Below are positions 25,775 to 37,300 of a stretch of 56,423 bases of DNA, in pieces (the stretch's first letter is position 1; each line of letters begins with the position of its first letter). The stretch is from a virus (Duplodnaviria > Caudoviricetes): positions 1 through 56,423 of IMG/VR virus record IMGVR_UViG_3300024344_000016, one strand, 5' to 3'. The notes below the pieces were generated by a model that was not told the DNA's origin, made no database searches, and was given only the letters and a program-made list of their open reading frames with translations. Position numbers and translations under genes: made by a program.

Positions 25775-26836
25775 TTGGATGACATCTACTACGAAAAAGT
25801 TCTGAATAGAATAATTCAAGGTCGCCTACGCCTCCGGCTGGGCGATCTTGTTTTATTTATACACGAACCCAATAAGGACGTGGTCGAAGAGTCTTTCGAC
25901 ATATATGATGACTATTATAAGACGGCTTACTTTGACGGGGTCTATTCAGGCGACGAAATTGTGGAACTTCTTATAGAGAATGATTTATGGAGTCCGGTTG
26001 ATGACAGAAACGCTGAGAAAATGAGTGAGCAGATTGACGAGCTAAAGGTTCAGGCTTTTCAGAATTTCTATAGTAGCAAGAAACTAGCGGGAATCAAACG
26101 ACAGATTAGACACCTAGAGGAGCAGATGGGCAAGATATCGTGGAAGAAGAAGCAATTGGATCACGTATCCTGTGATGGCGTTGCTAATTTTGCACGCAGA
26201 AGTTGGATTATTGAACGTACCACAAAGCTTGCTGATGGCTCTCCATATGCTTTTGACTCGATAAACATCTCCAGTGTCATGGATATCTATAGCGACAATC
26301 AAGTCTCGTCAGGGACTTTTAGGAAAATAGCAAGATCACAACCCTTCAGAGCTATGTGGCAGTCGTCCAAAAAAAGGGGCAATGTCTTCGACAGGCCGCC
26401 CTGTGACCTCGACAACAATCAGCTTGCCCTTACGTCGTTTTCCCTAATGTACGACAGTGTTTACGAAAGCCCAGATTCCCCCGACGAGAAAGCGATAGAC
26501 GACGACGACTGCTTAGACGGATGGTTTATTGTCCAAAAAAGAAAATACGAGAAGGATAAAAAGAAAAGAGAAGTAGACGATATGATTAAAAACGAGAAGA
26601 TCAGGAATTCTGACGAAATCTTCCTCATGGCGTCTGACCAAGAGCAGGCTCAAGAAATTTACGGGCTAAACGATGACATTTCCAGATCCGTCATTAGAAA
26701 CAGAAGCCAACAAATCAAGGACGCGGACGGCGATAGGGTTATGATTCAGGAGTTACATGATGTGAAACAACAAAATCAGATGAATAGGGTACAAGCTGCC
26801 AAGACTAAAATGAGCAGCATGGGAAGGAGTAGATAA
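25775..26836 (+). CDS. Hypothetical protein (tail assembly region)
   Basis: Long ORF with TTG start between the tube and tape measure genes. Confidence 0.65.
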   Translation: MDDIYYEKVLNRIIQGRLRLRLGDLVLFIHEPNKDVVEESFDIYDDYYKTAYFDGVYSGDEIVELLIENDLWSPVDDRNAEKMSEQIDELKVQAFQNFYSSKKLAGIKRQIRHLEEQMGKISWKKKQLDHVSCDGVANFARRSWIIERTTKLADGSPYAFDSINISSVMDIYSDNQVSSGTFRKIARSQPFRAMWQSSKKRGNVFDRPPCDLDNNQLALTSFSLMYDSVYESPDSPDEKAIDDDDCLDGWFIVQKRKYEKDKKKREVDDMIKNEKIRNSDEIFLMASDQEQAQEIYGLNDDISRSVIRNRSQQIKDADGDRVMIQELHDVKQQNQMNRVQAAKTKMSSMGRSR

Positions 26837-27243
26837 TGTCAAATAGAGAGGAATATAACGCTTTTCTGCAAAAATCTTTAAACTTAAAAAACATAAGAGA
26901 GGACAGAAAGCGGGAAGTTTCTAGGGAGACGCTATTCAAGTCTGCCAAGAAGAAGATACAAACCACGATGATAGGGGCACTTTCTACCATCGAGGATAGT
27001 TTTGGGTTTTTGTGGGGGTTTAACCCAGACGATGAAGGAGACCTAACCCCAGAACAAAGACATATAAAGGATATCTATGAGGAGGCTAGGGCAAAAATAC
27101 TAGACAGGGGGAATACACAGATAAGAAACTTAGAAGCGGATTTTGCTAACTACGAAGTAAATAGAAAAAAGCACTATATTAACTTACCGGTCGTGCCTAC
27201 GCAGGACCAAAAACCCAGTTCAGGAGAAAACCATGACGGATAA
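26836..27243 (+). CDS. Hypothetical protein
   Basis: TAATG coupling. Confidence 0.65.
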   Translation: MSNREEYNAFLQKSLNLKNIREDRKREVSRETLFKSAKKKIQTTMIGALSTIEDSFGFLWGFNPDDEGDLTPEQRHIKDIYEEARAKILDRGNTQIRNLEADFANYEVNRKKHYINLPVVPTQDQKPSSGENHDG

Positions 27244-28246
27244 AGAAAGACTTATTGAAACTAAAGACAAGGACGGCAATGATCTCAAGGTGTTACTCAA
27301 GGTTCCAACCGCACAGAACTATCGAGATTCACAGGTTGAGTATAACAAAGCCTTTAGAAAAGCACTTGATTCTGGTGCGTTGCTTCGTCAAAAACTTGGC
27401 GACTACATGGAAGAGCAGGGAATTTGGAACGATGAAAAACAGAGACAAAATGATGAATTTGTCAAGAAAATTAGCAGCAAGGAAGAGTCCCTAAAAAGGG
27501 GCGGTATTCGTCTGTCAGAAGCAAAAGAGGTTGCCCTTGAACTCAGGGTGTTGCGAGCAGACTTTAGAGACTTTCTTGCTGAAAGAAACGCCTTGGATCA
27601 GAACTCGGCAGAAGGGCAAGCGGACAACGCTAGATTCAGTGAGTTGATTCGGGTGTGTATGTTGAACCCCAATAGCAAACAGCCATACTTTCCAACCCAA
27701 GAAGATTATGATGCTGCGGCAGATCAGCCGTGGGTTGTTGAAGCTGCGGGCGAACTGGCTGGTATGATTTACGGTCTTGACCCCAATTATGACAACAAGC
27801 TCGAAGAAAACAAATTCTTGAAAGAGTTTGATTTTGTTAACGAAGATCTCCGCTTGGTCAATGATGAGGGGCACCTTGTTGACTCTGAGGGTCGTCTTAT
27901 TACCGAAGACGGCAGATATATCGCATATCATTCCGAAGAGGGGCGTGCTAATCAGGATGAAGAAGATCGTTACTTCGTGAATCGTGAAGGCGAAGAAATG
28001 ATTGAGATTACCGAGGAAGACGGTACTACGAGATGGGAAAAGGCCGATATTGGAGAAAGGTCTCCATTTTTGGATGATAACGACAAGCCAATCGAGGCTA
28101 AAGTCGAAGAAAAGCCTGAAGAGTCCGAGGAAAAGGCCGAGGAAACCGCTGAAACCGCTGAAACAACTGAGGCGGCTTCAGATGAAGAAAAGCCTAAAAG
28201 AAGGAGAAAATCTACAAAGGTAGAAACTGATAACGAAGCCTCTTAA
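27233..28246 (+). CDS. Hypothetical acidic protein (possible tail assembly chaperone)
   Basis: AGGAG RBS; directly upstream of the tape measure gene; xDxEG repeats. Confidence 0.6.
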   Translation: MTDKERLIETKDKDGNDLKVLLKVPTAQNYRDSQVEYNKAFRKALDSGALLRQKLGDYMEEQGIWNDEKQRQNDEFVKKISSKEESLKRGGIRLSEAKEVALELRVLRADFRDFLAERNALDQNSAEGQADNARFSELIRVCMLNPNSKQPYFPTQEDYDAAADQPWVVEAAGELAGMIYGLDPNYDNKLEENKFLKEFDFVNEDLRLVNDEGHLVDSEGRLITEDGRYIAYHSEEGRANQDEEDRYFVNREGEEMIEITEEDGTTRWEKADIGERSPFLDDNDKPIEAKVEEKPEESEEKAEETAETAETTEAASDEEKPKRRRKSTKVETDNEAS

Positions 28247-28247
28247 T

Positions 28248-28257
28248 TGTGTATTAA
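28248..28257 (+). promoter_or_regulatory. Putative late promoter TGTGTATTAA
   Basis: Intergenic, upstream of the tape measure gene. Confidence 0.55.
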
Positions 28258-28273
28258 TTTTAGGGAAGGTCAA

Positions 28274-28306
28274 GTGGGGAAGTAGTATTATTTCCCCACG
28301 CTTTTA
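28274..28306 (+). terminator. Hairpin (terminator/attenuator-like) in front of the tape measure gene
   Basis: GTGGGGAAGTA-GTAT-TATTTCCCCAC followed by GCTTTT. Confidence 0.5.
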
Positions 28307-28319
28307 AAAGAAGGCACCA

Positions 28320-31300
28320 ATGGCAGAGCGATTTAATTTAACGGCACAACTACAGTTGCAGGCACCTACCAATACTGCCCAAGTAGTTAATCAGATAAAC
28401 CGAGATCTCGGCAGCGTTACCATTAACGCTAACATTCAAGCCGATGCGAAGAGTCTGTCTGCCGTTAGTGGTCAGCTTAAAGCTGTAGAAAAAACAGCGA
28501 AAAGCTCATCTGCCAGCATGAGCAATCTCAATAGAAATATTGCCGAAGCTGCCCGTAGATTTAGTGTCATAACTATCGCTACGGGTAGCTTTATCGGTTT
28601 GGCAAGAGCGATTAAAAACTCCGTAGGAGCAGCCGTTGAGTTTGAGAGAGAGATGATCCGAATCTCGCAGGTTACTGGAAACAGTGTTTCTCAGCTTGAG
28701 GGTCTCGGTAAGGAAGTTACTCGACTTTCTACTTCTCTTGGGGTTGCAAATCAAAGTCTGTTGGAGACTTCTAGAATTCTGGCTCAGGCTGGTTTAAGTG
28801 CCCTCAAGACCAAGCAGGCAATGGAAGTGTTGGCTAACACAACCTTGGCACCCAGTTTCGATAACATTATCGATACCACAGAAGGTGCCATTGCCATTCT
28901 TAACCAGTTCGGTAGGGAAGCAGCCAAAACTGGTCAAGACATACAATTCCTTGAGCAAGCTTTAGATGCAATTAACAAAGTCTCCAAAACGTTCGCCGTT
29001 GAGTCAAAAGACTTAATCACGGCAGTTAGGCGTACCGGTGGCGTGTTTGAGGCCGCTGGCGGAAGTTTAAACGAGCTTATTGCTTTGTTCACATCGGTTA
29101 GACAAACAACCCGTGAGTCTGCTGAGACGATTGCCACGGGTTTCAGAACCATCTTTACGAGATTACAACGTAAAGAAACTCTTGAGGCTCTTGACCAGCT
29201 TGGTATTTCTTTATCAGACGTTAACGGTAAGTTCATTGGCCCGCTCAAGGCTATTGAAGCTTTGGCTAACGGTCTAGCTGGCCTAGATCCAAAGGACGTT
29301 AGATTCAACGAGATCGTAGAACAGCTCGGTGGGTTCCGTCAGATTGGTAAGGTTATCCCACTGATCAAGCAGTACGCTGTTGCTGAACAGGCATTGTCAG
29401 TTGCGAACAGCTCTGCGGGCGATACCGCAAAAGACGCTCGAATTGCCCAACAATCTCTGGCCGTCCAGTTCCAGAAGGTTCGGGAGCAGTTCGATGCTCT
29501 GATGCGTAAATTTGCTGACAGCGAAACCTTTAGATCGTTAGCCGGAACAGTTCTTCAGCTTGCGGAAGCCTTCCTGAAGTTTGCCGCTGCTTTGGAGCCG
29601 ATCCTTCCCATGCTTACCACCTTGGCCGCAATCAAAATAGGTAGGTCTCTTGCTCCCGGTCTAGCTGGCCTGTTTGGTGGTGGTGGTGGCGGAAAGCAGT
29701 TTGGTGGAGTTGTCTCCAAGTTCGCTAGTGGCGGATGGGTTCCGGGCACAGGGAATCGAGATACCGTTCCCGCAATGTTGACCCCCGGTGAATTCGTCAT
29801 CAAAAAGAGCAGTGCTCGAAAACTTGGTGAGGATCAGTTGTCGTCAATGAACAGATATGCGGGCGGCGGGGTTGCTAGCCACAAGGAGGGTAAGCCCTAT
29901 GTTTCATTCGCGGACCAGACCTTTTTCAAGAAAAAGGGGCAGACGTTTCAAAACTCCCCAGCGGGCAGACGTGGTGCCACAAAGTTTAACGAAAACGATG
30001 ATTTTGCATACGATCTGGATGTCGAAAATGTTGAATTACATAAAGTCTCCCCTAAGAAGCTAGAGGGTGTTCCAGCATGGAAGGAGTACACACAAGCTGC
30101 TGCATCACTTAACGATCAGGCAAGAGGTCTGGCTTTCGAGAGAGTCTTAGAGGGGCTAGGTCGAGTCAAGCTCACTGGTGGCAATTCTAGAATTGACGGA
30201 ATGGTGGGATCTCAAGTCACCGAAATCAAGAGCTTAAGGGAGGGTCTTGATGAGTCTAATCTTAACAATAAGATGCTAGGGGCTGCGGTCAATCCTCTAA
30301 GTTCCGTAGACAGAAATGTTGTTCCCAAGCTGACCAACACTCAGCTAACAGATCAAAAAAACACTGTTGACTTGGGTAGCTTGAAGGTACTCAGGGATAA
30401 GACTAAGGTTGATCTCGACAAAAAAGCCGCAAAACAGCTAGAGGAAGGCGGGGGCAAGGGGGCCGGAAACATCAAAGGGGCACAGCTTTCTCTGGGACGA
30501 GAGCGACAAAAGATGTTTGGGGGTATTATCCAGAAGTTTGCTGAGGGTGGTATTGCTAAAGCCAAAAAGGTGGGAGCCGCTATTTTAGATGCTGATACAG
30601 CTCAACCAGATGATACCGCTAAGGTTACCGTTGACGAAATCAACAAAAAGTTTCCAGCCTTTAAAAATCTTAAAAAGGGTGCAAGCCCAGTATCTCAACT
30701 TTACAAGTCTACGGATTTCTCTATTATCCGTCAGGGCTTGAGTGAATCGACTTCAAAAAACTTCCAGCAGGCACTCAATGACGGTCTAGTATCTGGTACA
30801 GATGCAGCAACAGCCGCACTAGCATCAGACTTGGGAACGGGTGCTTCTACGATAGACGAAGGCTCCAAACAGAACTTTATTAAGACGGTACGTCCAGCTA
30901 TCCGTGGCGATCTTTTTGAGGCCGCATTACTTGCCATGAATAACAAGGGGACATTTGATGACGCACTTGATCCCGGTCGTCCTTTTGATTTTCCCGGCGG
31001 ATTAAAGGGGTCGTTAAAAGATAATTGGTCTAACATGCCAAGTGCGTGGGTAGATGCGAAATCTAGTTACGAAGCTGCGGGTAGTGCCAACATGAAAGGC
31101 AAAATTGTCAAGCAGATCGTAAATGAGCTGAAGGCTCAAGGTGTCGAGGAGATGGAGACCGGCACCAAGAAAGATAAAGAGGCTAGAGCCGCTAGAGCCG
31201 CACAACAAAACGAAGCAAAGAAAAGAAACAAGGGTGGTAGCGTATGGGGCACAGATAGTGTACCATCTCTTCTTACACCGGGCGAATACGTTATCAATAA

Positions 31301-34300
31301 ATCTTCTGCCCAAAGTATTGGTTATGGTAATCTCAACAAGATGAACCAGACGGGCGTTGCCCGTTTTGCTTCTGGTGGACTGGTTGGAGTCAGTAAATTT
31401 GCAGATGGTGGTCCAGTCGGAGGCATAGACAAAAACGTAGCCAGTGTTGATTTATCTCAGTTTGCACGGGAGGCTCCTAAAGCCGCTCAGATGATGGCCC
31501 AATTTACCAAGGGTCTTGCCGATGCATATGTTGGAATGACGGCATACAAACAAGCTATTGCAGATGGGCAGACTGAAGCAGAAGCTCTGAACATGGCCTC
31601 AAGTGCCGTTGAAAAGGCTATGTACAAGGTAGAGCCAGAATATAAGGCTGCCGTAGAGTCAAATAAAAAGTTAACAGCGGAACAAGAAAAAGTCAGCAGC
31701 ACCTCGAAGCTGCTGGAGGCCGACTTGAAGCACGAATCCGCCGCGTTAAAACAAAAAGCAGCTATAGACCAAAAATATCACGCACTTAGACAACAGGGTA
31801 TTCCGGCTCTCGCTGCTAGAAAAATCGCTATCGAAGCACAGATTGAACAAGATGGTGTTTTACTACAGACAAAACAACGCTTGAACGCTGCTCTTGCTGG
31901 TCGGGCCGACGAGGCAGCCGCTGGAGGTGGGGGTGGTGCCGGTGCCGGTGCTGGCGGTGGTGGTGGCGGTATGATGAACTTGGATTTCGGCAAGATTCAG
32001 TCGGGATTAGATAAGTTTGCGACAAAAGTTGAGGGAACAGGAAATGTTCTTAGTCGTCTCGGGTCCGGTCTGATTGGTGTATCCTTTATGGCTGGCACTC
32101 TCATTCAGGGGATGGGTGGATTGAGTGACGCTCAGAAGGAGCAAGAGCAAGCTGGGTTAGCCGCTGCCGCTGCTCACGGTGCGGTTATTTTGGAGGCGGG
32201 CAGTTTTGCCATACAATTAGCTGCCGGTACAGCTAGGATACTGTCCAACTTGGCGGCCAAGGCTCAGGAGTTTCAAGCTACTCAGGCAGCCGCCGCTTCT
32301 GAACTGGAAGAGGCTGCCGCGAATGTAGCGTCGTCATCGACAGAACAAGAGGAGGCCATCGCTAACACGCTGTCCGCTACAAGCGAGCAAGGCGAAACTG
32401 TAGCCAATACAGCGTCGACAGCGTCAGAATATGCAGAGTTTGGAGCCAACGTAGCATCTTCGGCCAGCGAAATGTCGGAAGTTGTGGCAAATGCGTCTGC
32501 TGTTACTTCTGAAATGGGTGAAGTTGCTGCCAATGCGTTAGCTGTATCTTCCGAGATGACGGAAGTTGGGGCTAATTTCCAAGCTGCAATGTCGGAAATG
32601 GCAGAAGTTGGTGCAAACGCTAAGGCGGTCATAGCGGAGATGTCTGAAGTAGCCGCCAACGCAACCGCTGTGCAAGCGGAAATGGCTGAAGTGACCGCCA
32701 ACGCAGCCGCTGTGCAAGCGGAAATGGCTGAAGTGGCTGCTAATAGTGCCGCTGTGGAAGCGGAACTGGCCGAGGTTCAGGCCAACGCTCTGGCGATCCG
32801 CACCGAGTTTCAGGAGGCCGTGGCTAATGTACAGGCCGCCAGAACGGAAGATGCCGAATCCGCAATGAACGCGATGGCGGTTAAGGCTGAAGGCGAGGAG
32901 CTTATAGCTAACCAGCAGGCGGCGAGACTTGAGTATGTCGAGGCACAGGCCAATAGTATGGCGGCGAGACTTGAGTATCAGGAAGCTGGTGCTAACCAGC
33001 TCGCTGTCCAATCAGAGCAAGCAGAGGTACAAGCCAATGCACTGTCGATACAGTCTGAGGGAACCAAGCAAGCTGCGAATGCTCGCACAGTACAAGCCCT
33101 AGCTTTCCTCATGGTAGAAGCGGCAAAGGTCAATCAGTCGTTTATGCATCTGGTTGTAGCGATGGGGGCAACATGGCAGAACATGGCCGCCCTGAGTACA
33201 CATACTCGTACTGCCGCTATTGAAAGTGCGTTTCTCGCTCAGGGTCTTGGCCTTACTATTCCAGAAATTGAAGCACTCGGAATGGCGGCGGCACAGGCGT
33301 CCAGCCAGTTGCTTACAGGCGTTGGTGGTCCAGCAGCAATTGGTGCTGCCCCAGCAGCGGGAGCCGCACCCGTTGCAGGTCATATAGCTGGACCCGCTAG
33401 GATGGCCCTTCCGGCACCCGGGGCAGGAAGTGTTCTTGGAGGAGCTGGTGCTGGAGCCGCTAGTTCAGCAGAGCTAACCGCTTTTACTGCAAATCTCACA
33501 GGGGCAAATGTGGCACTGGAACAAACCACCGCTGGTCTGCTAACCTCGAATACGACCACGAATACGAAGACGGCTGCCGATGAAACCGCAGTGGCCACGA
33601 CGGCTATGCGTGTTAACGCTGATGAGTCTTTAATTGCGGCCACTGCCGGTCTTGATACTTCTCTTATTGGCACCGAAATCAGTGCAGCTCAGGCTGCGGC
33701 TGCTCAAGAGTTTTTCGCGACAGCAACGAGCAGTACTGCTGGTACTGCCGGTCTGCTTGGCGTTAACTTAGATAAAACCGCAATCTCTACGATGCTGGCT
33801 GGTACTGGTATGGAGGGTCTATCAATTTCGGCTATGGCGGCAGAACTTGGTATGAGCGAAACTGCACTAGCATCCCTACTTATGGCAAATGCCAGTACAG
33901 CGTCAGCGACAGAACTCATGGCGGCGGGTGCCGCTGCGGATCTAATGGCGGTGGCCCAAGGTGGAGCTGCTACAAACGCTGGTTTATTGGGTGTGTCGCT
34001 GGGTAGTGCTGATGCTGCGGCTACCGCTCAAGTCGCAGGATCGACCGCATTAATAGGTGCAAACGAGGCGGCTGCTATTTCTGGTGCTCAGGTTGCCGTA
34101 AGCAACGCTGGTGTAGAAGTTACCAACGCGGGACTCATAGCTTCCGGCTTGGGGGCCTCTGTAGCACAAGATGGCGTGATGATCGCCGCAAGTGGGGCGG
34201 GTACGGCTCTGGGGGCTATTGGTGTTGAAGCGGCTGCGTTAGGTCTGGGGTTGAATGGTGCGTTAATCGCTTTATTGGCTAATTCACTCGGGGTCAATGC

Positions 34301-37300
34301 AGATACGCTTGCTAAAGCGATTAATACCGTTGTAACAGAAGCTGAAACTGCGGCCAAGACGAAAGGCGTCATAGCGACATGGATGTCGACGGCGGCGGAG
34401 AAGATGAAGGCCGCCACGATGGGGATTATGATTGTTGTGATGGTAGCGGCGATTGCTGCAATGATAGCCTATATGAAGGCGATATACCAAACAACCAAAG
34501 CTGTAACAGCGTTGAAGCAGATGGTTTCTAATCTGAACGACGCTGCGGATTCAATGATTGAAAATCTTAAAGAATCTGGCACAGGTACCGAACAAGAATT
34601 CGTTGACGCAAGAAGCGGGGCTGCTGTAAAAGAATTTGAAGCCGCCTTGATCGACTCGGCTAAGTCAAGCATAGCTTGGAGTGAAGCCGCGTATGTCGGC
34701 GGCTCCAGCCTCGCGGCGGGACTCGCTGCGATTGCTGCTGCTGGTATGTTAACGTCATGGACTGGGGTTGGCCTCGCGGTAGCTGGTGTGGCAACAGCTT
34801 TATCGTTTGCTGTAACGATGCTTTACAACAGTGGAGACAGGGTAAACAAGGCTATGGGCGAAGTTATTAGTGCCCAAGAACAGCAGGCTCGGAAGATAAT
34901 GGCAATCTCTGCTCTCCAAGCTGTCACTACGTGGAGGGCCGTCAAGGCACTTCAGGGATTTGAAACTGCCCTAAAGGACGCGGAAAAAGCTGGGCTGTCT
35001 GCCGGTGAACAGCTAATAGTAATAGGCAACGAAAGTAAGGGTCTGGTCGAGGAATACGAGGCTGGCCAGCAGAGAATGGCGGCTGCGAGTACGGGGCGGG
35101 CAGATTTACAGAAAGAGTTGGAAAGTAGGGGTGTCCTTACGGCAGGGGGAACGGAGATAGAAGGGGCAGACACAACAGGTCAGGAAGAAAACCTTGCGGC
35201 CTACAAAGAGATAACTAAGCAAGAGCAAGAAGCCCGCAAAGCACAAAACGATTTGCTAAATCAAATCCTTGCTCAAGAGGCACAGGTTCGTCGAAAACTC
35301 CAAACCGCTGTTGGAGAGCTGGTATCTGACCTGTCCAAAACAGCTCCTCAGAAACTCAATAAAGTAACCAATTTTGATCAACTACTGAAAGCGGATAAAG
35401 ACTTCCAAGACCAATATAAGAAGGGTATCGAGACAGTCAATGCCGCTATTGACCTGTCATTCAAAGCCCGCATAGAGGAAGCTAAAAAACTTGGCCAAAC
35501 AACAAAGGCCGCAACTCTAGAAGCCCAGAGAGACAAACAGAAAGCCATTGCTGATGTTCAGGTTCGCAAGGCTGCGATGGAGAGGGTGCTTGCCGAACAA
35601 AAGGCCAGACAGGCGATTCTCCGTAATGAGATAGTCATGCGTGCTCAGAGAAGAGCAATAGAAGATGTAAACACCACGATGGAAGGTTTTAACAACACTC
35701 TTCTCGGAGCCACCAATACTGCCGCTGCCTTTGCTGCTATCGACCCAACGATTGCTCTCGCTCAGGGGAAGGGTCCAGACGCCGCCACGTTCGATACAGA
35801 CGCTCTGTCCGTTCCCTTTAGCCAGATCGATCCCAAGATTCTTGACAAGGCTCTGGAACAGGGTGTGTCTGGAATAACAATGGGTATTGGTTCTAATGTG
35901 CCCGGTGGTGGTGACGCTGTCGACAAGGAAATTGAAGATAGAGCCAACCGCATAAAAAAGAGGGTACAGACTGTTCATGGGCTTGTTGACGCAATTCCCG
36001 ATGCCTTGGGCAAACTTGTCACGCAACCAATGCCCATCGATACCGCTGGTGTCAAAGCTATGCAGAGTAAGCTGTTCAAAGATATAAATAAGGCTGTCGG
36101 CGGCGGCTTGACGACGGGTGGCGTAGCCAATGAGCTGGGCACCATTGTACAAGAAGGCATCAATGAGCTGATTGACAAGGGAGAGCCTATCACTATGGAG
36201 GCTATCCAAAATCTCGTTGGTGATATTGAAGGTTTCGGAGAAGAGCAACTTGAAGCGTTCAAGAGAAGTATTGAAATTCAGAATAAGTTCTTGACTGAAA
36301 TCGACAAGATCAATTCTGCGATAATTGAAGCCGAAATGAAAGTTGCGGAAGCTTTTGGAAAAGTGGCAGACACCCGCTCTCGCGTGGCAGACAGGCAAGA
36401 ATCTGCCGTTCAGGGGGGCCGTGTATCGACAACCGCCACAGATATTCGTGCCGCTAGACAAAGAAGAGAGCGTGGAAGAAGGGCCGGAGCACAGCAGAGA
36501 CTCGGTACAGATGCGTTGGCTGCGGGAGCCAGAGCTGGCGATGTGAATGCGACGACGAACGCACTCAAACAGCTTCAGGCACAAGCCAAGCAAAATGCCG
36601 ACGCAGCAAGAACCGAAACCGATGCACTGAAGAAGGCGGGACTAAATGATGCGGCAAAAAGAAATGCAGCCGCAGCAAACCGTGCAACCAAGGAATTGGA
36701 GCGGCTTGCAAACCAAAGTGCAAGGGCCGCCGATATAGAGAAGGAGCTTGCTGCCGAAAGAGCGAGCAGAAAGCAGGTCGGACAGGTAGTTGAAGATTTT
36801 GCCTTTGGCTCTGATGAGGAGCGGGTAAATATGGGGCAAGCGTTTGCAACCACGCAGCTCGCCATCAATCAGGGCGGCATACAGAATGCGACATCGGAAG
36901 AAAGAGCACAAGTTGCTTCGGTTCTGGACAAGCTGAGTGACGTGGAAAATGTTGGGGGCAGTGGTAAAACGGGTGCTGAACTTAAAGCCCAGTTTGCAAG
37001 AGACGAGGCTGTTGCTCAGGGAATAGATCCAGCAATTGCTGATGCACTTCTTAAGCCTAGCAAGTCAGAACAACAACTTCTCAAAGAACTCAACCAGCTT
37101 GGTAAAGATGAGATTGCGGCTGCGAACGCTTTGGCTGAAAACGCTAAATCTCAGGTTCAGCTTTTGGAGGATATTAGGGATGAGTTGAAGAACAACTTTG
37201 AGAGGGATATTAACCGAGGACAAAGACAGGGTACACAGGCCAGTAATGCAACACAGCAGAGAAAGCAAGACGCGAAGGTTCTCAAGGCATACAATAAAGT

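Noticed and set aside
25775-28246. Programmed frameshift in tail assembly chaperones
   Set aside because: No convincing slippery heptamer at an ORF end; the three ORFs have their own starts or translational coupling
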